Assembly: GCF_035084215.1 (NCBI RefSeq)
Contig: NW_027139666.1
Span: forward strand, 1,116,001 to 1,180,000
DNA: 64,000 bases
Origin: Heptranchias perlo
Lineage: Eukaryota
Direction: 5' to 3'
Under the pieces are notes generated by a model. It made no database searches. It was not told the DNA's origin and was given only the letters and a program-made list of their open reading frames with translations. Positions 12,441-27,207 of this stretch are shown one piece after another; within the stretch, counting starts at the first letter, position 1; each line of letters starts with the position of its first letter. The position numbers and the translations under genes are program-made.

Positions 12441-14469
12441 TCTCTTCTGAAACTCCCCGATTCCAATTCAAATCGGGCACTCCAGAGTCCCAGACTAGCC
12501 CCTTCCTATATCTCACACCGGTATGTTTGCTGTCGAAAAACTTTCACCGGAATTAAAAGCACCAGTTTCGATTTAAACCCGTTTCATTGCTGCACTGATC
12601 GCGCTCTCTCACCCGATCGCTGACATGATCTCCGTTTTTCACCTGAAATCTTGAATTGTTCTGAAACTTTACCTTAAATTTCCACTTCGGAGCTCGGCAG
12701 GGGAGGAGGGCGATCCTTTGACAGGGATTTTTAAAAATTTTACTCAAAAGGCACTCGGAAATCTGGCGATGAGTCCGGCCACACAAACACAGTGACATTA
12801 ATCTAACCCATCCGCCCCTTTAACACACTCTCTCTGACACAATGTTCACATCTTCACATTCACAGGACAAACTGTTCGCCAGATTGACAATTCCCGTGAC
12901 AGGCTTTCCTCACCGCTCGGCCTGTGCTGCAGATTCTCGGAGGTGAGTTGTCGTTTCCCAGCTCAGTAACTGTTAAACACTCCGAGGCCGGCGCTCCTCA
13001 GTGTCTGGTCCCCAGATTCAGGGGCAGCAGCCAATCACAGCTGTGGATGTGATTATCCATATCTGGTTTTACATGATTATATTATTCACACTCAGCAATA
13101 TGTTTGGTTGAGACGATAATACAAATTATCCGCTCTGGGCTCCTCCAGTCTCTCTGTCTTTCTCTCCCTCCTCCGAAACTGTCTGACAGACAATAGTAAC
13201 TGGTGTCCTATCCGTCCCATTCTCAACACCCAGAGACGGCCAGTTACTGAATAAATTCAACATTCATAGGCAGTCCTGTGTCAGGCCGTTACATGCTGTT
13301 TCTCCCCACCTTTCCTTATTGGACTGGAGACTGATAAATGCACCGTCAGACCGGCTCATACATAAGAGAAGGGACAGTGACCGTCTCACCAACAGCACCG
13401 GAGGTCTGTTCACAGAAACAGAATCAGTCTTTACCTTCCAACAGGCTGTTCATATTAGCTCAATAACACTATCCCGCTTTCATATACAGCGCTGGAGGTA
13501 GAGAAATACAGACGGACAGATAAAGAGACAGACAGAGACAGGCACACAGACAAAGTATCATTCTCACACTTCCTCTCAGTGTGTCCGTTTCACACTCAGC
13601 AAACGGTATCCCACCTTCGTGTACAGCGCCAGAGAGATACAGACAGGCAGAGTATCAGCCATACGCTTCCCATCAGTCTCTCTGTATCACGCTCAGCAGC
13701 AGTATTCCACCTTCATATGTTGTACATAAGAGAGAGAGAAACTGACCTGCAATGTCCCGTTTTCACCCAGTAACAAATTGGAAAATTCTCCATTCCAATT
13801 GCCATTCCAAGCTGGAGTGACGGAAGATGCAGTCTCATCTCTCACTGATATTATTTCAGAGACAGACACATCATTAATCCCACTCTCAGGGACAGTGTCA
13901 CGCATTTAACCCTCTCTTGCATGTTGTACCCTCTGCAATTTTGCAGCTCAGGGCCCTTCTGTATTTCTCTCAGTGACCGAGAGTTTCACTCCGATTGAAA
14001 TAAACTGGGACTGTAGCCGTCAAATATTAATCCTACACGGTCCCAGCAAATACACCGACTCCCACTTTCCTCCCATGTTTCTCCAGGATTGGTTCGAGGA
14101 ATCCGGCCTCCAGTTCCGGAGTCACAAGTTTCTTTATCAGTAAAGGGACCAAGAATGAATAGAACCAATTGGCTCATTTCACAGCCGCCCACGTTATCTC
14201 TGAAAGACACTTTTCCATCAAAAGATGCCGAGAGAAACAGCAGGGATGGAAACATCTAGTTTAATAGTAAGAGATTGTAAACTCAGTCTGGATTCCAGCG
14301 TGAGGCACTGGTGGAATCCAATTTGTTTTCCATTCTGGTGCCTGTTCCTGCACAGCCTGTGGACCCCATTCCCTCTGACCTTTCCCCCAGACCCACTTCC
14401 TTTGCTCAGACTCTGAAAAATTCGAATTGGGGAAAGTTTCCATCGATTTTTGTATTGAGAATTAAACCA

Positions 14470-14600
14470 GATTTCTGCGCATGCGTGACGCAGCCCCGCC
14501 CCCAGCGCTGGTTGTTGGTGAGCGGAAGAGCGCATGCGTGCTCCCTCCCCCAGCTCGGCCTGTGGGCGCCATTCACTCAGTGAGCGGAAAAAGATGGTTT
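14470..14600 (+). promoter_or_regulatory. CpG-rich non-histone promoter: two NRF1-type GCGCATGCG, GC box CCCCGCCCC, ETS-type GCGGAA; copies at ~43260-43385 (+) and ~63780-63900 (-)
   Basis: Clustered motifs in a CpG-rich patch within CpG-poor surroundings. Confidence 0.65.
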
Positions 14601-14613
14601 AAAACAGCCGGGA

Positions 14614-15508
14614 ATGGAGAGATCACGGCCCCCGGGGGAAGGGAGCAAAGAGCAGCCTCGTTACAGCAGCTCATCGCTTCGGGACCGTGTCCGCAGATGG
14701 GCTCAGAGATCGGCATTGAGTCCGGGGGAAGGTCAGGGGGAGTCCGGGGGCTGTTTGTAAGAGGCGGAGTGGATCAGGAACTGGTCCCGGAACATGGAGT
14801 GAGAGGGGGAAGGGAGAGGTCATTCTCGGGCTGTGTGTGTACAGGGTGTGTCCAGGGGAAGGGAGAGAGAATGGGAAGAACCTGCTATTTAAAACCATTG
14901 CTGCTTTCTCTCCCCAAACCAGTAGTGAATGTTCCTGGTTTAGTTCCAGTCTCACCCTGTTTATTGTTATTGGACAGTGAAGAGTGGAAACAGAGCCGGA
15001 CAGTAAGGATGTGGGGAGTGAGACAAAGAGCATCTATGGCAGGGATCAGGTGAGAAGTGTGAAGGGCACATTTTAAACAGCGGCTGTTTGATTTCGGTTG
15101 AACGGTTAGTCCCATGGGAGAGGGGATTAGAAACCTGACGTGTGCAAAGGTCCCCGCCCCATCGGGTCGTCCCATTCATGGATCAGTGCAGGGGTTGGGT
15201 TGTGTCTGGATGTCACTAAATCGTTGTAAAATTGCCCAACACACCTGGTGTGCAGAAGCTGAGTGCTGCAGTACTGCAGTGGAGTCAGACACTGACACTG
15301 TTTGTATCATTCTCATTTGTGGATATTCAAAATAATCATTGATATGGATATTAATTCGAACACTTTTGTATTTTCTGCCTCACTGGTTCTTGAGTTACAA
15401 GAGATAATTTTCTTCCTGCAGGCAAATCCTTGATGGATCCAGAATCAGTGTTATGTTTCCTCCACTTGAGGCACAAGGAACAGTGCAGCCAACTCCTTCT
15501 CCCACACA
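14614..15508 (+). other. Candidate exons 1-3 of an unknown spliced gene (14614-14731, 14950-15049, 15422-15508)
   Basis: GGAATGG start, donors GTCAGG/GTGAGA/GTAAGT, acceptors TTCCAG/CCTGCAG. The spliced frame is open: MERSRPPGEG...SPGE/VSPCLLLLDSEEWKQ...AGI/RQILDGSRISVMFPPLEAQGTVQPTPSPT. Manual prediction only. Confidence 0.45.
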
Positions 15509-15869
15509 GTAAGTACATTATCACACACAGCGCACAGAGCCAAGGAGAGGTCATCAGTTCCACAGTCTCAGACAGTAGAAGTCGTCATTCCCACACTGAT
15601 CCCAAGATCCAGAGACACATTTTCAATCCAACAGTCAAACAGAGCAGGTGAGGCAGACACTGTTCCATTTCCCCCGAGCTGAGTCCCGCTGACAGGTAGA
15701 TACAAAAATCCCAGTCCAAGATCACACTATCAGATGGAAAGGCACTGTATCAATCTCACAACAGGGCAACATTAGCTACGAATTAAATACCAGATCGAAA
15801 TCACACATGGTACCCGATTTAAAGGTGCAGAATGAATCCCAATAATGTACCCTGAGATTCCAATTGATT

Positions 15870-18865
15870 ACTCGCCCAGAACTCTCACACACATGTGAGT
15901 TTATACACTATGCGAATGGATATTGCATGTATCATGTGATACAAATTGCATACGAGTACAAAACTCATGTACAGTATCAGATTAAAAATGCTGTGAGAGT
16001 GTAATCTGAGAAACAAATTAGATATCAGTTTATAATGGACTCATATTGTGAGATGTAAAGATACAGTATCAATTCTATTAGTACAGACTGAGCTATACAT
16101 TATACGCCATTTGAAAAGTGTCACCATATCAATTTGAAAGATACATTATCTTTCACAATAGTACTCACAGAGATACAGATTTAATAGTAGTTCAAAAAGC
16201 ACACAAATTATCTGATTAAAACCTACAGTGTCAAATCCTAAAGTGTATCCACATTTACCAATTAAATAATGAGAAATATGATCGAAACATGAAGATATTA
16301 AAGCTAACATTTTTTATGCCATAATGCAATCTGAGAGAATAATTACATACAGATACAGAATGAATCTCACACTCAGATATAGTACCAGAGACTGACAGAT
16401 GCAGAAGGAATCCCAAACTCACATACAATAATAGAGACTGACAGACACAGAGCAAATCCTACACTCACATATGGTACCAGAGATGACAGATATCGAATGA
16501 ATCCCACACTGGCATACAGTACCAAGGGCTGATAGATATCTAGTTAATTACTCACTCTCATAAAGTACTAGAGACTGACAGAAAGATAATGACTCCCACA
16601 TTCACACAGTACCAGAGCCTGAGAGATACAGAATGAATCACATACTCACACACAGTACCAGAGACTGACAGATAGAGAATGCATCCCACACCAACATGCA
16701 GTCTGAGAGGCTGCATATACAGAAAGAATTCAACACCCGCATACAAGACTGGAGACTGAAAGACACAGAATAAATCCCACACTCACAGTATCAGAGACTG
16801 CATATATAGATTAAATCGCAAACTCACACACACTACTGACAAGATACAGAATGAATCCCACACTGACAAACTGTTCCAGATACTGAGAGATACAAAATGA
16901 ATCACACATTAGTGCAGGCTGAGTAACATTATTTACCATTCCAAGAAGTATCAGATTGAAAGATACAGTATCAATTCCATTAGTGCAGACTGATCTACAC
17001 ATTATATACCACTACAAAAACTGATGCAGATTCAGACTGAAATATACAGTATTCCATTCATGCAGACTGAGCTACACATCATATACAAGTTCAAAAATGT
17101 CACCATATCAGTTTGGAAGATAAACTAATTCACAATTGTGTTCCCATCGATACAGATTTAATAGTAGTCCAAAAAGTGCCCACATTCTCTGACTATATTC
17201 TAAAGCATTTCATTATCAACCAATTAAACACTGGGAAAAATATGCATTCATTGAGGTATTAAAGATAAAGTTTTGAACACCATACTGTAAACGGAGATAC
17301 AAATTACATACAGATAAGGAATGAATCTCACACTCAGATAGAGGGCCAGAGAGTGACACACAGAATGAAACCAGCACTCACACAATGTAACAGTGACTGA
17401 CAGATACCGAATGAATCCGACACTCACACACAGTACAAGGGACTTACAGATATAGAATGAATCACACACACCCACAGTACCAGAGCCTGACAGATACAGA
17501 ATGAATCCCACACGCACAGACAGTACTAGGGACTGACAGATACAGAATGAATCCCACACTCACAGACAGTACGAGGGACTGACAGATATAGAATGAATCC
17601 CACACTCACAGACAGTGCTAGGGACTGACAGATACAGAATGAATCTCACAGTCACACACATTAATGCAGTCTGAGTTACACATTACACATCAGTCCAAAA
17701 ATCTCATAGTGTCAGATTGAAAGATACAGTATCAATTCTATTAGTGCAGACTGATCTACATATTATAAAGCACTACAAAAAACTGATAAAGATTCAGACT
17801 GAAATATACAGTATACCTTTCAAGCAGACTGAGCTACACATCATATACAAGTTCAAAAATGTCACCATATCATTTTGGAAGATAAACTAATTCACAATTT
17901 TTTTCCCATCGATACAGATTTAATAGAAGTCCAAAAAGTGCCCACATTCTCTGATTATAACCGAAAACATTATATTTTAAAATGTATCATTATCTACCAA
18001 TTAAACACTGGGAAAAATTATTGATACATTGAGGTATTAATGAGAGAGTTTTGAACACCATACTGTAAACAGAGACACAAATTACATACAGATAAAGAAT
18101 GAATCTCACACTCAGATAGAGGGCCAGAGACTGACATGCAAATTGAAAACAGCACTCAAACAATGTAACAGTGACTGACAGATACAGAATGAATCCTACA
18201 CTCACACACATTACAAGGGACTGACAGATACAGAATGAATCCTGCACTCACACACATTACAAGGGACTGACAGATACAGAATGAATCCCACACTCACACA
18301 CATTACAAGGGACTGACAGACTTAGAATGAATCACACACTCCCACGGTACCAGAGACTGACAGATACAGAATGAATCCTAAACTCACACACTGTAGCACA
18401 GACTGACAGAGACAAAATTTATATCACTCACAAACAGTACCAGAAATTGATAGATGCAGAATGAAAGTCTCCCTCACATATAGCACCTGACACTGACGAA
18501 AACAGAATGAAACGCACATTCACACAAAATACCAGGGACTAACAGATATTGAATGAATCCCATACTCACACACAGTACCAGATACTGACAGATACAGAGT
18601 TAATTCCACACTTATACACAGTACCTGAGACTGGCAGATACAGAATTAATCCCACTCTCATATACAGTCCCACAGACTTGCAGATACAGAATGATCCCAA
18701 ACTCATATGTAGTGCCCGAGACTGAGAGATACAGAATTAACACCATGCTCACACTCAGTACCAGATACTGGCAGATACAGAATGAATCCCACACTCACAC
18801 AGTATCAGATATTGACAGATGCAGAGTAAACCCCGCTCTCACACACAGTACTGGAGACTGACTTC
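15870..18865 (+). repeat. Composite 82-bp/linker/46-bp satellite block
   Basis: Alternating arrays of the two monomers. Confidence 0.9.
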
Positions 18866-20439
18866 TGCTGGACGTAAGCGAGAACTGTAAAAGAACGGAA
18901 CAAATTCACATTTTATGTCGTGGTTGCAGAAATCGGACAATGTGCAACGTGAGGAAAGGTTCTGTCTGTAACTTCTACTCCCGTATTTTTGCTCGTTTTG
19001 TTATTGAAAAATGATGACAATTGTTTTATAATAAAGTTTTTGTTTCACTCATTCGATAGTTGTGAATTTGCCCCATTATATTTCACTGTACATTGCACAG
19101 TATTTCTCTCTGATTTCTCAGGACACGATTTGCATTGCTCCTTTACCCCATTTAGACACTTATTTTCCAAGCAGTATGTGGCCTCCTTATTTCTCCTGGC
19201 AAAATGCACCAGCTCACACCTTTCTATATTGAAATTCAATGGCCATTTACACGGCCGTTCTGCAAGCTTATTTTGTCGTAGTCTTCCTCAGTATTGACTA
19301 CACCCCCTAAATTAATTACAATCATTTAATACATCATTACAACCAATGTTTTATCGAAAAAATGTTCTCCATTCCCAGTTTTTCTAAATCCCACCCGTAC
19401 AATATAATGTGAAGAATGAGTTTATCTTCTGTCCCTCTCTCATCTGCAAACTTCATTGACCCGGGGTTTGAGGACATCTACTGGCCGGAAGCAGAACTGC
19501 AACAGTTCGGAACAAATTGCTGAAACCGGACAATGTGCAGTGTGAGCGTGTTTGTGATTGGTGGCAGGTATTAAATCTGATTTTTTAAAACCTGACGATT
19601 AACCTTTAGTGTTTGTTATTGAAGAGTAAACAGAGCCGGACAGTAAGGATGTGGGGAGTTATACAAAGAGTATCTATTGCAGGCATCAGGTGAGAAGTTT
19701 GAAGGACACATTTTAAACAGTGGCTGTTTTGTTTCGGTTGAACGGTTAGTCCCATGGAAGAGGGGATTAGAAATCTGATATGTGCAAAGCTCCCCGCCCC
19801 ATCGGGTAGTCCCATTCATGGATCAGTCCAGGGTTTGGGTTTTGTCTGAATGCCACTAAACTGTTGTAAAACAGCCCAACACACCTGGTATGCAGAAGCT
19901 GAGTGCTGCAGTACTGCAGTGGAGTCAGACACTGACACTGTTTGTATCGCTGATTTTCATTTGTGGATATTCAATATTATTATTAACAGATATTAATCTG
20001 ATCACTTCTGCATTTTCTACCTCACCTGTTCTTGATTTACAAGAGATACGTTTCTTTCTACAGGCAAATACTTGAAGGAGCCAGAATGACTGTGAAATTT
20101 CCTCCACCCGAGGCAAAGGAACAGTGCAGCCAGCTCCTTCTCACACACAGTAGGTATATTCTCACTCTCAGAGCACAGAGACACAGACAGGTCATCAGTT
20201 CCACAGTCCCACACAGCAGAAGTAGTCAGTCCCACACTGATCCCAAGTTCCAGAGTCACATTTTCAATCCAACAGTCAAACAGAGGAGGTGAGACAGACA
20301 CTGTTCCATTTCTCCCGAACTCAGTCCCGCTGACAGGTGGATTCAAAAATTCCAGCCCAAAATCACACTATCAGATTGTCAATTTCACAAAAGGGCAACA
20401 TTAGCCATGAAATAAATACCAGATATCCCGAGATTCAAA

Positions 20440-23400
20440 TTGAATACTAGCCCAGAACTCTCACACACACGTGAGTTTAATACATGCAGTATCCATTCGA
20501 ATAGTGTATCATTCAAATACAAAATGAAGGCCGAAACTCATGTACAATATCAGATTGAGAATTGCTGTGACAGTGTAACCAGAGAAACAAATTAGATACC
20601 AGTTTATAATATACCCACAGTATGAGATTTAAAAATACAGTATCAATTCTATTAGCACAGACTGAGATACACATTATTTACCAATTCAGAAATGTCACCA
20701 TATCAATTTGAAAGATAAATTACCATTCACAATATTACTCACAGATTTACAGATTTAATAGTAGTCCAAAAAGCACACAAATTATCTGATTAAAGCCTCC
20801 AGCTTCAAATACGAAAGTGTATCCATATTTACCAATTAAATAATGAGAAAAGCTATTCAAACATTAACATATTAAAGCTACAGTATTGAACATCATAATG
20901 TAATCTGAGAGAATAATTATGGACAGAAACAGAATGAATCTCACACTCCGATACAGTACAGAGACAGACATGCAGAAGGAATCCCAAACTCGCATACAGT
21001 ACTAGAGGTTGCCAGACACAGAGTGAATCCCATACTCAAGTATGGTACCAGAGATGACAGAAACAGAATGAATCCCACTCAGGCATACAGTACCAAGGAC
21101 AGACAAATATCGAGTTCATCCCACATTCTAATAAAGCACTAGAGACTGAGAGATAAGGTATGAATCGCAAACTCACACACAGCAGCAGAGACTGACAGAC
21201 ACAGAATGAATCCCACACTCACACACAGTACCAGAGAATGACAGATCCAGAATGAATCCCACACTCACTCACAGCACCTGAGACTGACAGATACAGAATG
21301 AATCCCACACTCACTCACAGCACCCGAGACTGACAGATACAAAATGAATCCCACACTCACACACAGTACCAGAGACTGAGAGATACAAGGTGAATCTCAC
21401 AGTCACCTACATTAGTGCAGGCTGAGTTATAAATTACGTTCCAGTCCAAAAATCTCAGTGTCAGATAGAAAGATACAGTATCAATTCCATTAGTGCAGAC
21501 TGAGCTGCACATTAGAAACCACGACAACAAAACTGATACAGATTCAGACTGAAATATACAGCATTCCATTCATGCAGACTGAGCTACACATTATATACAA
21601 GTTCAAAAATGTCACCATATCAATTGGAAGAAGCACAAATTCACAATTGTGTTCCCAATGTAGATTTAATAGAAGTCCAAAAATAGATGCCCATATTATC
21701 TTATTACATTTTTAAAAATGTCATTATCTACCAATTAAAACTGGGAAAAATTATTCAAACATTTAAGTATTAAAGATACAGATGTGAACGCCATCCTATA
21801 AATGAAGATATAAATTAGATACAGATAAAGAATGAATCTCTCACTCCGATAGAGTGCCAGAGACTGATATGTAGAATGAATCCCAAACTCATACAATGTA
21901 CCAGCGACTGACAGATTCAAAATGAATCCCACACTCACACACTGTAGCACAGACTGACAGATACAGAATTTATATCACTCACATACAGTTCAGAAATTGA
22001 TAGATACAGAATGAATGTCTCACTCACATATAGCACCAGAGACTGACAGGAACAGAACGAATCGCTCACACATACAAAATCAGAGACTGAGAGATATGGA
22101 ATGAATCCCAAATACACACACAGTACCAGAGACTGATAGATCCAGCATGAATACCACATTCACATAGAGTATCAGGAACTGACAATCACAGAATGAATCT
22201 CACAGTCACACTACTGCAGACTGAGTTACATTTTACATACCAGTTCAAAGATATCATAGTGTCAGATTGAAAGCGACGGTATGAATTCCATTAGTGCAGA
22301 CTGAGCTACATAGTAGAAATATTAGTGAATACTCATAGAGTAATATACTGAAATAAACAGTATCAATATCATTGGTTCAGACTGAGCTACACATTATATA
22401 CCAGTCCAAAAACCTCATAAATGATCAGACTGGAAGATACAGTATCAATTCTATTAGCACTGCCTGACCTGTACATTACATACCAGACTGAAAATCCCAT
22501 AAAATCTTCGACTGAAATAAACAGTATCAATTCCATGAGTGCAGACTGAGCCACACATTATATAGCAGTCCAAGAATCTCATACCCTATCAGACTCAAAG
22601 ATACAATAACAATTCCATTAGCACAGATGACGAGTCCAAAAATCTCATAGAATATCAGATTGAAAGATTCAGTATCACTTCCATTTGTGCAGAATGAGCT
22701 ACACATTACATTCCAGTCCAAAAATCTCATACAGTATCAGACTGATAGATACATTATCAATTCCTTTCGTGCAGGCTGAGCTACATATTACATACCAGTT
22801 CAAAAATCTCATACAATATTAGATTGAGATGCAGAATTAATCCCATTATTGCTGACTGAGCTATACATTACATACCAATCCAATAATTTCACCACGAACA
22901 GATTGAAAGGTACATTATCATTCACAATAGAGTTCAGAGATTAAGATGTAATCCCACTCCAAAGCTCACACACGTTGTTTGATTAAAGAAAATTGAAAAG
23001 TGTATCCATATTTACAAATTAAACACTGGACGAAGAACTGTATATAATTTAAAGTATTAAAGATACAGTTTCAAATACGATACTGTAAACTGAAATAAGA
23101 ATACAGAATGAATCCAGACTTGCACATTGTCTCAGAGACTGAATTACAGAATTAATCCCACACTGAGATAATGTAGCAGAGACTGACAGATACAGAATAA
23201 ATCCCACACTCACACACAGCACCAGAGACCTGCAGATACAGAATGAATCCCACACTCACATACAGTACCAGAGACTGACAGATACAGAATTAATCCCACA
23301 CTCACACACAGTACCAGAGACCGACAGATACAGAATGAATCTCCACACTCACAGACTGAACTGGAGACGACAGATATAGAATGAATGTCACAGTCACATT

Positions 23401-24495
23401 ACTGCAGACTGAGTTACACTTTACAGACCAGTCCAAATATCTCATAATGGCAGATTGAAAGATACATTCTAAATTCTATTGGTGCAGACTGAGCTACATA
23501 TTGGATATAGTGGTAAATACTCGTGTTTGCTGAAATAAACATTATCAATGCCATTGGTACAGACTGAGCTACACATTACGTACTCGTCCAAAAATCACAA
23601 ATGATCAGATTGGAAGATACAATTTAAATTCTATTCGCACTGCCTGAGCTGAACATTATATATCAGTCCAACAATCTCATACAATATTAGACTGAAAGAT
23701 AGAGAATCGATTCAATTAGTGAAAACTGAGCCACACATTATATAGCAATCCAAGAATCTCATACCGTATCAGACTCAAAGATACAATATCAATTCCATTA
23801 GCACAGACTGAGCTACACGTTACTCACCAGTCCAAAAATCTCATACTGAATCTTTCAATGTGACACTGTATCAATTCCATTCGTGCAGCCTGAGCTATAC
23901 ATTGCATTCAAGTCGAAAAATTTCATACAGTATAAGAATGATAGATACAGTATCAATTCCTTTAGTGCGGGATGAGCTACATATTACATACCAGTCCAAA
24001 AATCACATAAAGTGTTAGACTCAGATGCAGAATTAATCCCATTATTGCAGACTGAACTACACATTACACACCAGTCCAGTAATTTCAACGTGAACAGATT
24101 GAAAGGTATATTATCATTCACAATAGAGTTCAGAGATTAAGATGTAACATGACTCCAAAACTCTCACACGTTGTTTGATTAAAGAAAATCAAAAAGTGTA
24201 TCTGTGTAAACAAATTAAATGCTCGATGAAGACATGTATATACTTTAAAGTTTCAATACAATAGTGGAAACTGAAATAAGAGTATGGAATGCACATTGTC
24301 ACAGAGATTGAATTGCAGAATGAATCCCACACTGAGATAAAGTAGCAGAGAATGGCAGATACAGAATGTATCCCACACACAGACAGTACCAGCGACTGAT
24401 GGATGCAGAATATACCCCATGCTCACACCCAGTTACAGAGACTGACAGATACAGAATAAACCCCAGTCTCATATCCAGTACCAGAGACTGACCTC
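20440..24495 (+). repeat. Composite 82-bp/linker/46-bp satellite block
   Basis: Same monomers; long 82-bp runs at 22210-22925 and 23400-24125. Confidence 0.9.
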
Positions 24496-25797
24496 GACTG
24501 ACGGGAAGCGACAACTATAATAAGGCAACGAATTCACATTCTCTGTCGTGGTTCCAGAAACAGGACAATGTGCAATGTGAGGGAAGTTTCTGTCTGTAAC
24601 TTTTACTCTCGTATTTTTGCACTTTTTGACGGTGAAAAATGAAGACAATTGATTCATAATAAAGTTTTTGTTTTACTCGTTCCATAGTTGTGAATTTGCC
24701 CCATTATATATCACTGTACATTGCACAGTATTTCTCTCTGATATCTCAGGATGATTTACATTGCTCCTCTACCCCATTTAGACACTCATTTTCCATGCAG
24801 TATGTGGCCTCCTTATTCCCCTTGGCGAAATGCATCACCTCACACTTTTCTATATTGAAATTCAATGGCCATTTACAAGGCCGTTCTGCATGTTTATTTT
24901 GTCCCAGTCTTGATCAGTATTGACTATATCTCCGAAACAAATTACAAGAATTTAACACAGTATCACAACTAGTGTTTGCTCTAACAAAATGTACTTGCAG
25001 CTCGTCTCCATTCCCAGTTTTTCTAAATGCCACTCGTGCAATATAATGTGAAGAATGAGTTTATCTTCTGTCCCTCTCTCATCTGCAAACTTCAATGACC
25101 CGGGGATTGGGGACATCTACTGGCCGGAAGCAGAACTGCAACAGTTCGGAACAAATTGCTGAAACCGGACAATGTGCAGTGTGAGCGTGTTTGTGATTGG
25201 TGGCAGGTATTAAATCTGATTTTTTAAAACCTGCCCATTAACCTTAAGTGTTTGTTATGGAACAGTAAACAGAGCCGGAGAGTAAGGATATGGGGAGTTA
25301 TACAAAAAGCATCTATTGCAGGCATCAGGTGAGAAGTTTGAAGGACACATTTTAAACAGCGGCTGTTTAGTTTTGGTTGAACGGTTAGTCCCATGGGAGA
25401 GGGGATTAGAAATCTGATATGTGCAAAGGTCTCCGCCCCATCGGGTAGTCCCATTCATGGAACAGTGCAGGGGTTGGGCTGTGACTGGATGTCACTAAAT
25501 TGTTGTAAAACAGCCCAACACACCTGGTGTGCAGAAGCTGAGTGCTGCAGTACTGCAGTGGAGTCAGACACTGACACTGTTTGTATCACTGGTTTTCATT
25601 TGTGGATATTACAATGATTATTAACAGAGAGATTCAATTGATCACTTTTGTATTTTCTACCTCACCTGTTCTTGAGTTACAAGAGATAATTTTTCTTCCC
25701 ACAGGCAAATCCTTGAAGGGCCCAGAATTAGTGTGATGTTTCCTCCACCCGGGGCACACGGAACAGTGCAGCCAGCTCCTTCTCACACACAGTATGT

Positions 25798-26700
25798 ATA
25801 GAGTCATAGAGTCATACAGCATGGATAGAGGCCCTTCGGCCCATCGTGTCCGCGCCGGCCATCAGCCCTGTCTACTCTAATCCCATATTCCAGCATTTGG
25901 TCCGTAGCCTTGTATGCTATGGCATTTCAAGTGCTCATCCAAATGCTTCTTGAATGTTGTGAGGGTTCCTGCCTCCACAACCCTTTCAGACAGTGAGTTC
26001 CAGACTCCAACCACCCTCTGGGTGAAAAAGTTCTTTCTCAATTCCCCTCTAAACCTCCCGCCTTTTACCTTGAATCTATGTCCACTTGTTATAGAACCCT
26101 CAATGAAGGGAAAAATCTCCTTAGTATCCATCCTATCTGTGCCCCTCATAATTTTGTACACATCAATCATGTCCCCCCTCAGCCTCCTCTGCTCCAAGGA
26201 AAACAAACCCAATCTTCCCAGTCTCTCTTCATAGCTGAAGCGCTCCAGCCCTGGTAACATCCTGGTGAATCTCCTCTGCACCCTCTCCAAAGCGATCACA
26301 TCCTTCCTGTAGTGCGGCGACCAGAACTGCACACAGTACTCCAGCTGTGGCCTAACCAGTGTTTTATACAGCTCCATCATAACCTCCTTGCTCGTATATT
26401 CTATGCCTCGGCTAATAAAGGCAAGTATCCCATATGCCTTCTTTACCACCTTATCTACCTGTTCCGCCGCCTTCAGGGATCTGTGAACTTGCACACCAAG
26501 ATCCCTCTGCCCCTCTGTCTTGCCTAGGGTCCTCCCATTCATTGTGTATTCCCTTGCCTTGTTAGTCCCTCCAAAGTGCATCACCTCGCACTTTTCCGGG
26601 TTAAATTCCATTTGCCACTGTTCCGCCCATCTGACCAACCCATCTATATCGTCCTGCAGACTGAGGCTATCCTCCTCGCTATTTACCACCCTACCAATCT
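25798..26700 (-). mobile_element. Young 5'-truncated CR1 LINE (second subfamily) with (GACTCTAT)n tail
   Basis: Open ORF LQDDIDGLVRWAEQWQMEFNPEKCEVMHFG...[13 protein letters not shown]; absent from paralogous modules. Confidence 0.95.
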
Positions 26701-27125
26701 TTCTTAATATACTCTGTGAGTATATTATCACTCACAGAGCACAGAGACACAGACAGGTCATCAATCCCACAGTCTCACACAGCAGAAATAGTCAATCCCA
26801 AACTGATCCCAATCCAACAGTCAAACAGAGCAGGAGAGACTGACGGAATTTCTATTTCACAATGACTCAATACCGCTGACTGGCAGATAAATAATTCCCA
26901 GTCCAAAATCACACCCAGTATCAGATTGAAAGGCACTGTGTTAATCTCACATAAGATCAGAATTAGCTACAAATTAAATACCAGATAGAACTGACACATG
27001 GTACTGATTGATAGGTACAGAATTAATCACAATAGTGTAGATGTGGAGATGCCGGTGATGGACTGGGGTTGACAATTGTAAACAATTTTACAACACCAAG
27101 TTATAGTCCAGCAATTTTATTTTAA

Positions 27126-27166
27126 ATTCACAAGCTTTCGGAGACTTCCTCCTTCCTCAGGTAAAT
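27126..27166 (-). ncRNA. Minimal hammerhead ribozyme
   Basis: Mirror of 27167-27207. Confidence 0.75.
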
Positions 27167-27207
27167 GTTTACCTGAGGAAGGAGGAAGTCTCCGAAAGCT
27201 TGTGAAT
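27167..27207 (+). ncRNA. Minimal hammerhead ribozyme
   Basis: GTTTAC-CTGAGGA-A-GGAGG-AAG-TCTCC-GAAA-GC-TT-GTGAAT. Confidence 0.8.

Noticed and set aside
14481-15053. 190-aa unspliced ORF over the CpG promoter
   Set aside because: It starts within the promoter motifs, is not maintained in the other two copies, and has no recognisable domain; the spliced model fits better.
16255-24514. Many short C/V/S/L-rich ORFs (MWDSFCICQSLVL...)
   Set aside because: Translations of the 46-bp and 82-bp satellites.
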